NCBI GenBank assembly: GCA_017536445.1
Contig: JAFXHJ010000018.1
Coordinates: 30,772-94,771, forward strand
Direction of reading: 5' to 3'
Source: Clostridia bacterium
GTDB taxonomy: Bacteria > Bacillota > Clostridia > TANB77 > CAG-465
DNA: 64,000 nucleotides
This document shows positions 10,571 through 18,662 of the stretch, piece by piece. The notes beneath the pieces were generated by a model. It was not told the origin of the DNA and did no database searches. It worked only from the letters and a program-made list of their open reading frames with translations. The position numbers were made by a program, and so were the translations under genes. Position 1 is the stretch's first letter; every line of letters starts with the position of its first letter.

Positions 10571-10680
10571 GAAAAGTATAAATAGAATAATCGAAAAGCA
10601 ATGCAAATATATTTGTGTTGCTTTTTGTCGTTTTATGGTATAATCTAAAGTATGTTAAAACATATTAAAGAGGTAATAAT

Positions 10681-11268
10681 ATGAAAAAAACAAAGAAGAG
10701 TGGAGCAGCTCTTTTAATAGATATAATAATAGAAATATGTGTGTTAATAATGATAGCGTGCTTTTTAATGTATTACACTGGGTATTTCAAAAATGGAGCG
10801 GTGCTATATACAGGTGTAACGGCGTTTACAATAGTATATCAATTAGGATTAAGGTTAGAGTTTGGGGTTATAACAACGAAATTTAAGGAAAAATTAAGCA
10901 CTAAACAATTTTTATTTAAGGAAAGAAAGTTTGAACAAAAATTATACAGAATTCTTAAAGTAAAGAAGTGGAAGCCTAAAGCACTAACATATGATCCAGA
11001 TGCTTTTAATCTTAAAAAGAATACAAAAGAGCAAGTGTTACAAACAATGCTTAAGTCTGAACTAGATCATTGGATAAATGAACTTATATCTTTATCTACA
11101 TTGTTATTTGCGCTTATATGGGGAGAGTTTGCAATATTCTTAGTAACATGTATACTTGCGATGTTATTTGATGCGCAGTTTATATTAATACAAAGATTTA
11201 ATAGACCAAGAATTGAAAGGTTAATTAATAAGGAAAAGAGAATAAAAGCTAAAAAGAAAACAGCATAA
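10681..11268 (+). CDS. Membrane protein of unknown function (possibly CrtO-like acyltransferase family)
   Basis: Four predicted TM helices. The KVKKWKPK and SELDHW motifs resemble the glycosyl-diaponeurosporenoate acyltransferase family. This is recalled from memory only. Confidence 0.35.
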   Translation: MKKTKKSGAALLIDIIIEICVLIMIACFLMYYTGYFKNGAVLYTGVTAFTIVYQLGLRLEFGVITTKFKEKLSTKQFLFKERKFEQKLYRILKVKKWKPKALTYDPDAFNLKKNTKEQVLQTMLKSELDHWINELISLSTLLFALIWGEFAIFLVTCILAMLFDAQFILIQRFNRPRIERLINKEKRIKAKKKTA

Positions 11269-11275
11269 AAAATAA

Positions 11276-11306
11276 AGCCGTTAAGAAAAATCTTAACGGT
11301 TTTATT
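11276..11306. terminator. Rho-independent terminator between convergent gene and tRNA
   Basis: CCGTTAAGA, AAAA loop, TCTTAACGG, followed by TTTTATTT. Confidence 0.75.
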
Positions 11307-11382
11307 TGGTGCGCCATCGGGGACTCGAACCCCGGACCAATAGATTAAGAGTCTACTGCTCTACCAACTGAGCTAATGGCAC
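11307..11382 (-). tRNA. tRNA-Lys (anticodon CTT), CCA encoded
   Basis: 76-nt cloverleaf. Acceptor stem GTGCCAT / ATGGCGC followed by ACCA. D arm GCTC-AGTTGGTA-GAGC. Anticodon loop CTCTTAA. T arm CGGGG-TTCGAGT-CCCCG. Confidence 0.93.
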
Positions 11383-11398
11383 ATCAGCTACGATATTT

Positions 11399-11427
11399 AT
11401 TATAACAAAAAGAAAATAAAATGTAAA
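11399..11427 (-). promoter_or_regulatory. tRNA-Lys promoter
   Basis: The minus strand reads TTTACA, a 17-nt spacer, then TGTTATAAT (extended -10). It lies about 16 nt upstream of the mature 5' end. Confidence 0.55.
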
Positions 11428-11451
11428 GTGAAAAATAAAATAAAATGGTAA

Positions 11452-11488
11452 AAATAAAGAAAAACGGTATAACCTGTTGGTTATACCG
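11452..11488 (-). terminator. Rho-independent terminator of the 150-aa gene
   Basis: 10-bp stem CGGTATAACC/GGTTATACCG, followed by TTTTTCTTT on the minus strand. Confidence 0.8.
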
Positions 11489-11496
11489 TAAGAAAA

Positions 11497-11949
11497 TTAG
11501 CGTAAAGCTGAAGCATAGTGCGGAATTATTTCACGCAATTTGTTAAGCCGTTCGTTAATTTCTTCAAGAGATGAGGGAGACTCGCAAGATGCTACATATT
11601 CATCATAATGTTCTGTTCTATAAACGAGCAGTTTTTCCCATTCTTTGAACATAGCAAGCTTCTTGGTCATTTTTTCTCTGGTTTCTTGACGTTTGTCGAA
11701 AGCGTCATCCCAACGATTAGCTCTAGCTGTACGACCTCTATATGAACTGTGAATGATTTTAGAGTAGACAGCTTCTGCAACTGTTGTAGAGAGAATGTTT
11801 TCAGCAATGCCGCGCCAGAGAATGTTGGATACCATTCTTCCTGAAAGGTCGTGACTTGCACCGACACATTCAAATGTTACATAAGGGCTAGAAAGGTACT
11901 CTTTTGCAAGTAACCAGATTGACCTTCGGTCAACATCTTTCGATTTCAT
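11497..11949 (-). CDS. Hypothetical 150-aa protein, putative N-terminal HTH plus coiled-coil; paralogue of 12104-12568
   Basis: Shares SNILWRGIAENI, RWD[DE]AFD[KR]R and PSLEE[IL] blocks with its neighbour. Has its own promoter, GGAGGT RBS and terminator. Richer in G+C than its surroundings and uses CGT Arg codons. Confidence 0.75.
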   Translation of the reverse strand: MKSKDVDRRSIWLLAKEYLSSPYVTFECVGASHDLSGRMVSNILWRGIAENILSTTVAEAVYSKIIHSSYRGRTARANRWDDAFDKRQETREKMTKKLAMFKEWEKLLVYRTEHYDEYVASCESPSSLEEINERLNKLREIIPHYASALR

Positions 11950-12002
11950 TTTCCGCTTTAACCTCCAAATTTATTTGTGGTACCATTTTTAATAACGCAT
12001 AT

Positions 12003-12031
12003 ATTATATCACACTTAACATAAAAATACAA
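12003..12031 (-). promoter_or_regulatory. Strong sigma-A type promoter of 11497-11949
   Basis: The minus strand reads TTGTAT, a 17-nt spacer, then TGATATAAT. The leader contains GGTACCACAAATAAATTTGGAGGT. Confidence 0.65.
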
Positions 12032-12047
12032 ATTTTATATTAATAAA

Positions 12048-12092
12048 CAGGGTAAAAAGGAAAAACCTGACTGCATATTTGCAATCAGGTTT
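12048..12092 (-). terminator. Rho-independent terminator of 12104-12568
   Basis: AAACCTGA-TGCA pairs with TGCA-TCAGGTTT as a hairpin, followed by TTTTTCCTTTTT on the minus strand. Confidence 0.75.
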
Positions 12093-12103
12093 AAATCCTT
12101 TTG

Positions 12104-12568
12104 TTAGGACAGGGCTTCGATTTTTCTTATGACTGTATCGAGATTATACTGAAGTTCTTCAAGAGAAGGGCCACCATTTTCTTCTATAAAGTAGTTATCG
12201 TAGCTTGCGATTGAATGCTCGTAATACTCTTTAAGGGCCTCAAGGTTAAGAAGTTCTTCTTGAATCTTTGCTTCGCGTTCTTTTTCTTTGATAAACTCGT
12301 CACGTCTGTCAAAAGCTTCATCCCACCGCAGTTTCCGTTGATACCAACCGATAGAGGGCTTGTCTACTACTTTGTTGTAGATGCATTTTGCAACTCTCGT
12401 ATCGATAATATTCTCGGCTATTCCTCGCCAGAGAATGTTGGAAATGGTAGTTGCGGTTGTCCGGTACTTCGTAGCAATGGTCTTTAAGGATACGTAAGAA
12501 CCAGAGAGGTACTCACTTGCCATTCTACGAATTGTGCGTTCATCGACATTCTTTACTACAAGTGCCAT
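12104..12568 (-). CDS. Hypothetical 154-aa protein, putative N-terminal HTH (SpoIIID-like by eye) plus coiled-coil; paralogue of 11497-11949
   Basis: The ATG at 12568 is preceded by GGAGGT. The longer track ORF (to 12646) would run through its own -10 and -35 boxes. Uses CGG/CGT Arg codons. Confidence 0.75.
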   Translation of the reverse strand: MALVVKNVDERTIRRMASEYLSGSYVSLKTIATKYRTTATTISNILWRGIAENIIDTRVAKCIYNKVVDKPSIGWYQRKLRWDEAFDRRDEFIKEKEREAKIQEELLNLEALKEYYEHSIASYDNYFIEENGGPSLEELQYNLDTVIRKIEALS

Positions 12569-12617
12569 GTTTTTACCTCCAAATTTATTTGGGATCCGTG
12601 CTATAACCACTAATTTA

Positions 12618-12646
12618 ATTATAACATTTTTTATAGTTAAATTCAA
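12618..12646 (-). promoter_or_regulatory. Strong sigma-A type promoter of 12104-12568
   Basis: The minus strand reads TTGAAT, a 17-nt spacer, then TGTTATAAT. The leader contains GGATCCCAAATAAATTTGGAGGT. Confidence 0.65.
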
Positions 12647-12755
12647 TAATTTATTCTAACAAAATACAGCGGCTAGAATGCCACGTAGAGTTGAAATGAT
12701 ATTCATATTGTGATATAATTTATGAAGTCCTAATAGAATATTAAAGGGTGAATTT

Positions 12756-13676
12756 ATGAAAGTAGAATATAATAAGATTAAAGAATATATAGATGAATCA
12801 AAGGTTAGATTTAACGAGCCAATGGAGAAACACACAACATTAAAAGTTGGTGGACCAGCAGACATACTTGTATTACCAGAGAATGTACAAGATGTGATAG
12901 ACGCAATGGAGTTTGCAAAGGAATATGATGTACCTGTAACTGTTATAGGTAACGGAAGTAAATTACTTGTACTAGATGGTGGAATTAGAGGATTAGTAAT
13001 TAAGCTAGGAAGTAAATTCTCTAATGTAGAAGTAAACGGAGAATATATTACAGCAGAGATTGGCCTTAGTATGCCACGTCTAGCTATAATTGCAAAAGAT
13101 AATGAACTTACAGGTTTAGAATTTGCTGCAGGCATACCAGGGTATCTTGGTGGCGGCGTATTCATGAATGCTGGAGCATATGGTGGAGAACTTGGAAATG
13201 TAATAGAAGAAGTTACATATCTAGACAAGAATAATGAAGTTAAAACACTAACTCATGATGAATTAGAATTTGGATATAGATCAAGCTATTTCAAGAATCA
13301 TAAAGACGAAGGAAATATAATTCTTCAAGCTAAATTTAAATTAACTAAAGGTAATAAAGAAGAAATAGAAGCTAAGATGAAGGAAAACAATGATTCTAGA
13401 AAAGCTAAACAACCTTTAGAGTATCCAAATGCAGGAAGTACTTTCAAAAGACCAGAAGGATATTTTGTTGGAAAGCTTATAGATGATTTAGGACTAAAAG
13501 GCTATAGAATTGGTGGAGCAGAAGTTTCTACTAAACATTCAGGCTTTATAGTAAATGTAGATCATGCTAAAGCAAAAGATGTATTGGATTTAATTAATTA
13601 CATCAAAGAAAAAGTATTTGAGGCAAACAAAGTTAAACTAGAAGAAGAAATAATAATACTTGGAGAGGAAGTTTAA
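12756..13676 (+). CDS. murB: UDP-N-acetylenolpyruvoylglucosamine reductase
   Basis: TTLKVGGPAD and GNGSKLLV FAD-binding motifs. NAGSTFKRP and VSTKHSGFIVN C-terminal motifs. Confidence 0.93.
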   Translation: MKVEYNKIKEYIDESKVRFNEPMEKHTTLKVGGPADILVLPENVQDVIDAMEFAKEYDVPVTVIGNGSKLLVLDGGIRGLVIKLGSKFSNVEVNGEYITAEIGLSMPRLAIIAKDNELTGLEFAAGIPGYLGGGVFMNAGAYGGELGNVIEEVTYLDKNNEVKTLTHDELEFGYRSSYFKNHKDEGNIILQAKFKLTKGNKEEIEAKMKENNDSRKAKQPLEYPNAGSTFKRPEGYFVGKLIDDLGLKGYRIGGAEVSTKHSGFIVNVDHAKAKDVLDLINYIKEKVFEANKVKLEEEIIILGEEV

Positions 13677-13684
13677 GAGAAAAA

Positions 13685-15085
13685 ATGAAAGCATTTTTAG
13701 AGTGGTTAAAGCCAGGAATAAAAGTAAAACGTTATGTTATATTACAAATAGCATCTGTTGTATTATTAGGTTATACAACATATAAATGTTTTGGTGAACA
13801 AGGCCACGGTAAAGAAAGAATAATAGCATATATAGCATTAATTACTATATCGCTATTTACTACAGTATATTCGTTTATACTAGCTCAAAGAAGTATTCTT
13901 AAAATAACATTAAAGAATATGGCATATAAAGAGAAAAATGGAGATATCCGTAAATTGTTATTTACAGAATCTATGCTAAAAAAAGGACCTAAAGTTGTTA
14001 TTATAGGTGGCGGAAAAGGCCTATCTAACATATTAAGCGGTCTTAAGGAATTTACATCAAACATCACATCAATTGTAGCAACTTTTGATGATGGTGGCTC
14101 TACAGGAAGAATAATGCAACAAATAGATACATTACCTCCTGGAGATATTCGTAGAAGTATAATAGCATTATCAGAAGTTGAACCTTGTATGGAAAAACTT
14201 CTAAGTTATAGATTTAAAGATGGTAAAATAGATAACCATTCTTTAGGAAACCTTATGATAGTTGCTATGACAGAAGTTATGGGTGGATTTGCACCAGCAG
14301 TACAAAAAATAGCAGAAATATTTAGAGTAAAAGGAAAGATACTTCCAGTATCTTTAGATAAAGCAAAGCTTTGCGCAAGCTTAGAAAATGGTGAACTTGT
14401 TGTTGGTGAAGATAACATTAGACCAAGAGCTTTAGAATCTAAAAGTAGAATTAAACAAATATTCTTAAAGGATACTGAAGCTGATCCAGCACCAGGTGTA
14501 CTTGAAGCATTAAAAGAAGCAGATGTTATAGTAATTGGACCAGGAAGCCTTTACTCAAGTGTTATTTGCAACTTACTTGTAAATGATGTAAGTAAAACAA
14601 TAATACAAAGTAAAGCTAAAAAGGTTATGATTTCAAACATAATGAATGAACCTGGTGAAACTACAGGTTATACACTTGCTAAACATGTTAACGAAGTTGA
14701 AAGATATTTAGGTAAACAAGCATTAGATTATGTAATTGCTAATAATGGAGAAATTACAGAAGATATGATATTAGACTTTAACCAAGGAGCTTCAACTCCA
14801 GTAACAATAGATTTAGAAAACATTAAAAACAGAACTATATCTGTTATAGAAGAGGACTTAGTTATTACAGCTCCAAATTCTATCCTACATGATAATTTAA
14901 GAGTTGCTGAAATAATTATAGAAATTGCTAAAACCAAAGGAATTGGTTCTTTAAATTTATTAAAAAGAAAGAATTCTAAAAAGAAGAAAAAAATAGTTAG
15001 CAGAATAAGTCCAGAAACTAAAGAAAAAATAATTAACGCTGAGTTAGAAAGAAGAAAAAGAACGGAAGAAGAAAAGAATTCCTAA
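13685..15085 (+). CDS. YvcK/CofD-family gluconeogenesis factor homologue with N-terminal 2-TM extension and Lys-rich tail
   Basis: VVIIGGGKGLSNIL, ATFDDGGSTGRI, PPGDIRRS and IGPGSLYSS motifs. Two hydrophobic helices lie in the first roughly 70 aa. Confidence 0.85.
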   Translation: MKAFLEWLKPGIKVKRYVILQIASVVLLGYTTYKCFGEQGHGKERIIAYIALITISLFTTVYSFILAQRSILKITLKNMAYKEKNGDIRKLLFTESMLKKGPKVVIIGGGKGLSNILSGLKEFTSNITSIVATFDDGGSTGRIMQQIDTLPPGDIRRSIIALSEVEPCMEKLLSYRFKDGKIDNHSLGNLMIVAMTEVMGGFAPAVQKIAEIFRVKGKILPVSLDKAKLCASLENGELVVGEDNIRPRALESKSRIKQIFLKDTEADPAPGVLEALKEADVIVIGPGSLYSSVICNLLVNDVSKTIIQSKAKKVMISNIMNEPGETTGYTLAKHVNEVERYLGKQALDYVIANNGEITEDMILDFNQGASTPVTIDLENIKNRTISVIEEDLVITAPNSILHDNLRVAEIIIEIAKTKGIGSLNLLKRKNSKKKKKIVSRISPETKEKIINAELERRKRTEEEKNS

Positions 15086-15104
15086 AATGAGAGGGAAAAA
15101 ATAC

Positions 15105-16931
15105 ATGATATATAAAAGAACAAATAAAACCTTGACTGACGACACAAGAGTAGAATACGTAGAATCAAACAATCAAGGTATATATATAAATACTTCAGTT
15201 ACGGGTGCAAATTTTGCACCCTATCATGGTTTATATATAAACCAAACGCCTAAACAAAATGATATTTATTTATCCAAGATGATTGAATATCTAATTATTG
15301 ACCACGAAAGATATGATATAATGGATATAAAAACAAGCGAAGAAAATTATGGCGGAGTAGAGTATTTGGAGGAATTTACAAACGATCCAGTGCCTACATA
15401 TACATACAACGTAAATGGTTGCAGAATAGTTAAGAAATATAAATTGGATCCAAATAGTAAGTTGCTGTGTATAGATTATGCGGTTACAAATAACACTGGG
15501 AAGATAGTTAAATTTTTTGCAATGCCGTGCGTAACAAAAAGATCGCTTGTAACACTAAGACGTAAAAGTGATATGAAGTTTACAAGTCAGTATGCGCCTA
15601 CAGCGGCAAAAGTTGCTTTAAGCATAAGTGACGGCTTAAATTTGTATATTAAATCACCTAATATGCGTTATGATAAAAAGGAAACATATTTGTCTGGAGT
15701 AAATTCAGATTACGAAGATAGTTTTGGAAACGTTAAAACATATGTAGAAGATTTGTTTATACCGGGCACGTTTGAAGCACATGTTAAGAACATGAATACA
15801 TCAACATTCTTAGTATTCGTTGCTACTGAAGATATAAATGTACAAATGTGCGAATCTATGAATATGGAAATGGATATTAAAGATAGAGACGATATGCGTT
15901 ATCATTCAATTGATGAAGCATATTATGAGCTTAAATCTTTAGCTAAAACAGCCTATGCACTTCAATATATAGATAAAGAAAAAAGACAATTTGTACTTTT
16001 AGAATCTATGCCACCAATTTATGATTCTAAAGAGTATGTTAAAAATATGATAGTTTCTATAGAAGGAAATTATTTGTTGCTTGGAAGATATAAAGAGGCA
16101 CATAAAATACTAGAAAGCATGATGATAAAGCTAAAAGATACAACATATAAATTAGAAGATATAGATAGATGTGAAGCTATACTATTATATATAGAAGCGT
16201 TAAATAGGTATGTGGCTATTACCGAAGCACCAAACACAGAAATAAAAGACTTTTATTCATTTATTAGAGATAATATATATGAAATGTTAAACAGAAGACT
16301 AGAGAATATGTATGCTGATGAAAAAGACAATCTACTTGTAGTAGATGGGAAGAAATATATTAAGCTTAATGCTTTATGGTATAATGCACTTAGAATATAT
16401 GTAGATTTAGCAGATAAGTTTGGCGAAAATTCAGAATATATATATAATGTTTCGGAAAATGTAAAATACAAAATCCAAGAATTATTCTGGGATGAAGAAA
16501 AAGCCGTTCTTAAATATGAATTAAGCGAAGAATCTTATGCAACAGTAGATATGTTATTTGCGCTTAGCTTGTCATATAAAGTAATACACGATGGTAATGT
16601 AAGTATGAAACTTATGGATACAGCGTTTAAGAAATTATATACTGCATTAGGAATGAGACTTGGAGAAATAAATTCTAAAAGATATGATGGATATGTTTAT
16701 CCACACTTATTAGTACATTTCTTAAAAGCAAATTTAAGACAAATGGGCGTAACACGTGCAAGTCAAAAACTAGCGTATAATTTAGTAAAAGATGCGTTCC
16801 AAGAAATAGGTAAAAATACTGTAGGAACAGTAAAATATAAATATAATGAAAAAACTAAAAAAGCAATTGGTAATACAGTATCTGCTATGACAAATGCAGA
16901 ACTTATTCGCGCTTTTGATATGTTAACTTAA
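15105..16931 (+). CDS. Amylo-alpha-1,6-glucosidase / glycogen debranching enzyme family protein
   Basis: The KLNALWYNALRIY block is typical of the GDE C-terminal (alpha/alpha)6 domain. Size is about 610 aa. The ATG at 15105 follows GAGAGGG; an alternative start lies at 15087. Confidence 0.6.
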   Translation: MIYKRTNKTLTDDTRVEYVESNNQGIYINTSVTGANFAPYHGLYINQTPKQNDIYLSKMIEYLIIDHERYDIMDIKTSEENYGGVEYLEEFTNDPVPTYTYNVNGCRIVKKYKLDPNSKLLCIDYAVTNNTGKIVKFFAMPCVTKRSLVTLRRKSDMKFTSQYAPTAAKVALSISDGLNLYIKSPNMRYDKKETYLSGVNSDYEDSFGNVKTYVEDLFIPGTFEAHVKNMNTSTFLVFVATEDINVQMCESMNMEMDIKDRDDMRYHSIDEAYYELKSLAKTAYALQYIDKEKRQFVLLESMPPIYDSKEYVKNMIVSIEGNYLLLGRYKEAHKILESMMIKLKDTTYKLEDIDRCEAILLYIEALNRYVAITEAPNTEIKDFYSFIRDNIYEMLNRRLENMYADEKDNLLVVDGKKYIKLNALWYNALRIYVDLADKFGENSEYIYNVSENVKYKIQELFWDEEKAVLKYELSEESYATVDMLFALSLSYKVIHDGNVSMKLMDTAFKKLYTALGMRLGEINSKRYDGYVYPHLLVHFLKANLRQMGVTRASQKLAYNLVKDAFQEIGKNTVGTVKYKYNEKTKKAIGNTVSAMTNAELIRAFDMLT

Positions 16932-16948
16932 GAAAAAGGAGGTAGTAT

Positions 16949-17455
16949 ATGTACATATTAGGAATAGATCCTGGTTTTGGAAGACTAGGTTATGGAATAA
17001 TAGAATATAGAAATAACAAGTTTAGAACGGTAGAATATGGATGTATTACTACTCCTGCAAAAGAAAGACTTTCTTTAAGACTTAAGAAAATAGAAGAAGA
17101 TTTGGAAGAAGTTTTATCTAGAAATAAAATAGACGAAGCTTCAATAGAAGATTTATTCTTTAATCAAAATATAACCACGGGTATACAAGTTGCAGAAGCA
17201 AGAGGTGTAGTGCTTTGTACATTAGAAAAACATGGTATAAAGATAAGTGAATATACACCACTTCAAGTAAAACAAGCATTAGTAGGTTATGGTAGAGCAA
17301 AAAAAGATCAAGTAGAATATATGGTAAAAGATATATTAAAATTAGATAAAATGCCTAAAATTGACGATACAACAGATGCTTTAGCTATAGCAATCTGTCA
17401 TGCTAACAGCAACAAGTATAATAGCTATATAGAAAAAGAGATAAATAAAAAATAG
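16949..17455 (+). CDS. ruvC: Crossover junction endodeoxyribonuclease RuvC
   Basis: ILGIDPGFGRLGYGII start. Downstream acidic catalytic residues (DDTTDALAIAICH). Confidence 0.92.
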   Translation: MYILGIDPGFGRLGYGIIEYRNNKFRTVEYGCITTPAKERLSLRLKKIEEDLEEVLSRNKIDEASIEDLFFNQNITTGIQVAEARGVVLCTLEKHGIKISEYTPLQVKQALVGYGRAKKDQVEYMVKDILKLDKMPKIDDTTDALAIAICHANSNKYNSYIEKEINKK

Positions 17456-17458
17456 AAT

Positions 17459-17505
17459 AAAACAAACCATCAACAAAATAATTATTGATGGTTTGTTTTG
17501 TTATT
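17459..17505 (+). terminator. Rho-independent terminator after ruvC
   Basis: 13-bp stem AACAAACCATCAA/TTGATGGTTTGTT, followed by TTGTTATT. Confidence 0.75.
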
Positions 17506-17572
17506 ATAAAAGTATTGTAAAAAATGTAAAAATATAATAGGATTATTATGTGAGAAAGAGGGTAAACGAAAG

Positions 17573-18613
17573 ATGAAAAAAGGAATATCATTAATAGTGC
17601 TAGTAATAACAATAATAGTAATGATAATAATTGCTGCAAGTGTAGTAATAACATTAACTAATACAGGAATAACTAATAAAGCAAATGAAGCGGTGGATTT
17701 AACAAACGAAAAACAAGTACAAAATTTAGCAGCATTAATATGGTCAGAAAGTTATTTAGATGAATTAAGAGGAAAAGCATTAGTAGATGAAGTAACAGAT
17801 AGATTGAAAGGATATGGAGTAACAGACGCAGAGTGGAATATAGTAATAGCGGATAATGGAATTACAGTAGAGAATAAAAATAATAATGGCGGGAATAACA
17901 CACAATTTGGAACGGGACTAGGTTCATTAATAACAGCTGATAATTATGGCGACAAAGTAGATTATACTGTAACAGTAAACGGAACAACATATGATGATTG
18001 GCAAATATATTATCATAATAACGAGTATATATTTTTGATAGCAGAAGAATATGTAGAAAAAGATGTAGTACTAAATAAAGGGACACAAGTAGCAAGTTTA
18101 ACAGAGGCAGAAGTTGCTTTGTATGAAAAATTTAGAGTAGGTGATGCACCAAAATATACATTAGTAGATAAAGTTGGTAGTAGTACATCAAATAATTCGC
18201 AAGCAGTGGTACAATTAATAAAAGATTATGCCAATTTTGCAAATACAACTACATATGGCTCGAATGTAGAGGGGGCAATAGGAGGACCGACAATAGAGTT
18301 ACTAGTAGCAGGTTGGAATGCAAAAGGTTACACTCCACAAATGACACTCTCAATAGGTAAGTATGGGTACAAAATAAATGAAGCAACAAAACTAGAGTTA
18401 ACAAAGGATGAATTGTATTTAGCTTACAATTATATTTATTGGCTGACATCTCCGTCGGCGGATTATTCTTTTTATGTTTTGCGTGCTAGCGGTGACGATA
18501 TAGACTTTGGCTCTTACAGTTATGGGGCATATGTTAGACCGGTAGTTTGTCTAAAATCTAGTATACCAGCCACGATAGGAAATGGAGAATATCAATTTAG
18601 TTTAATAAAATAA
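17573..18613 (+). CDS. N-terminally anchored extracellular protein with pilin-like leader lacking Glu5
   Basis: MKKGISLIVLVITIIVMIIIAA resembles a prepilin leader (KKG then a hydrophobic stretch) but has Val at +5. The rest of the protein is unassigned. Confidence 0.5.
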   Translation: MKKGISLIVLVITIIVMIIIAASVVITLTNTGITNKANEAVDLTNEKQVQNLAALIWSESYLDELRGKALVDEVTDRLKGYGVTDAEWNIVIADNGITVENKNNNGGNNTQFGTGLGSLITADNYGDKVDYTVTVNGTTYDDWQIYYHNNEYIFLIAEEYVEKDVVLNKGTQVASLTEAEVALYEKFRVGDAPKYTLVDKVGSSTSNNSQAVVQLIKDYANFANTTTYGSNVEGAIGGPTIELLVAGWNAKGYTPQMTLSIGKYGYKINEATKLELTKDELYLAYNYIYWLTSPSADYSFYVLRASGDDIDFGSYSYGAYVRPVVCLKSSIPATIGNGEYQFSLIK

Positions 18614-18662
18614 AAAAATAAAAATATAATACTCGCATTAAAGGGAATAAAAGTAATATAAA

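Noticed and set aside
11979-12597. KpnI (GGTACC, 11979-11984) and BamHI (GGATCC, 12592-12597) hexamers sit at the same position in the two conserved leaders. Considered as a sign of cloning or engineering.
   Set aside because: - These are single hexamers that differ by two bases within a diverging conserved element.
- The third copy (23.4 kb) has TTATCC at that position.
- No vector-like sequence, marker or scar is present, so coincidence within a paralogous leader is more likely. This cannot be fully excluded from sequence alone.
12569-12646. N-terminal extensions proposed by the ORF track. These are 12104-12646, 6367-6390 of glyA, 20142-21149, 21196-21225, 23532-23552, 25130-25183, 51187-51207, 54637-54654, 55523-55609, 58851-58898 and 60806-60826.
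   Set aside because: - In each case an internal ATG is preceded at 5-11 nt by a good GGAGG-type RBS.
- For 12104-12646 and glyA, the extension would include the gene's own -10/-35 boxes.
- The extension residues do not match family N-termini.
11307-12646. tRNA-Lys plus adjacent atypical-GC genes, considered as a tRNA-targeted genomic island.
   Set aside because: - No integrase, excisionase or direct repeat of the tRNA 3' end was found.
- The atypical genes lie on the 5' side of the tRNA rather than downstream of its 3' end, where islands normally insert.
12656-13228. Long antisense ORFs in the track. Examples: 12656-13228 opposite murB, 33078-33608, 35503-36042, 51989-52510, 53020-53820, 54783-55370, 63023-63562.
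   Set aside because: - Each lies entirely opposite a gene with clear family motifs.
- Their products are Ser/Ile/Thr/Phe-rich low-complexity strings with no RBS or promoter.
- Such open antisense frames are expected in AT-rich genomes with strong sense-codon periodicity.
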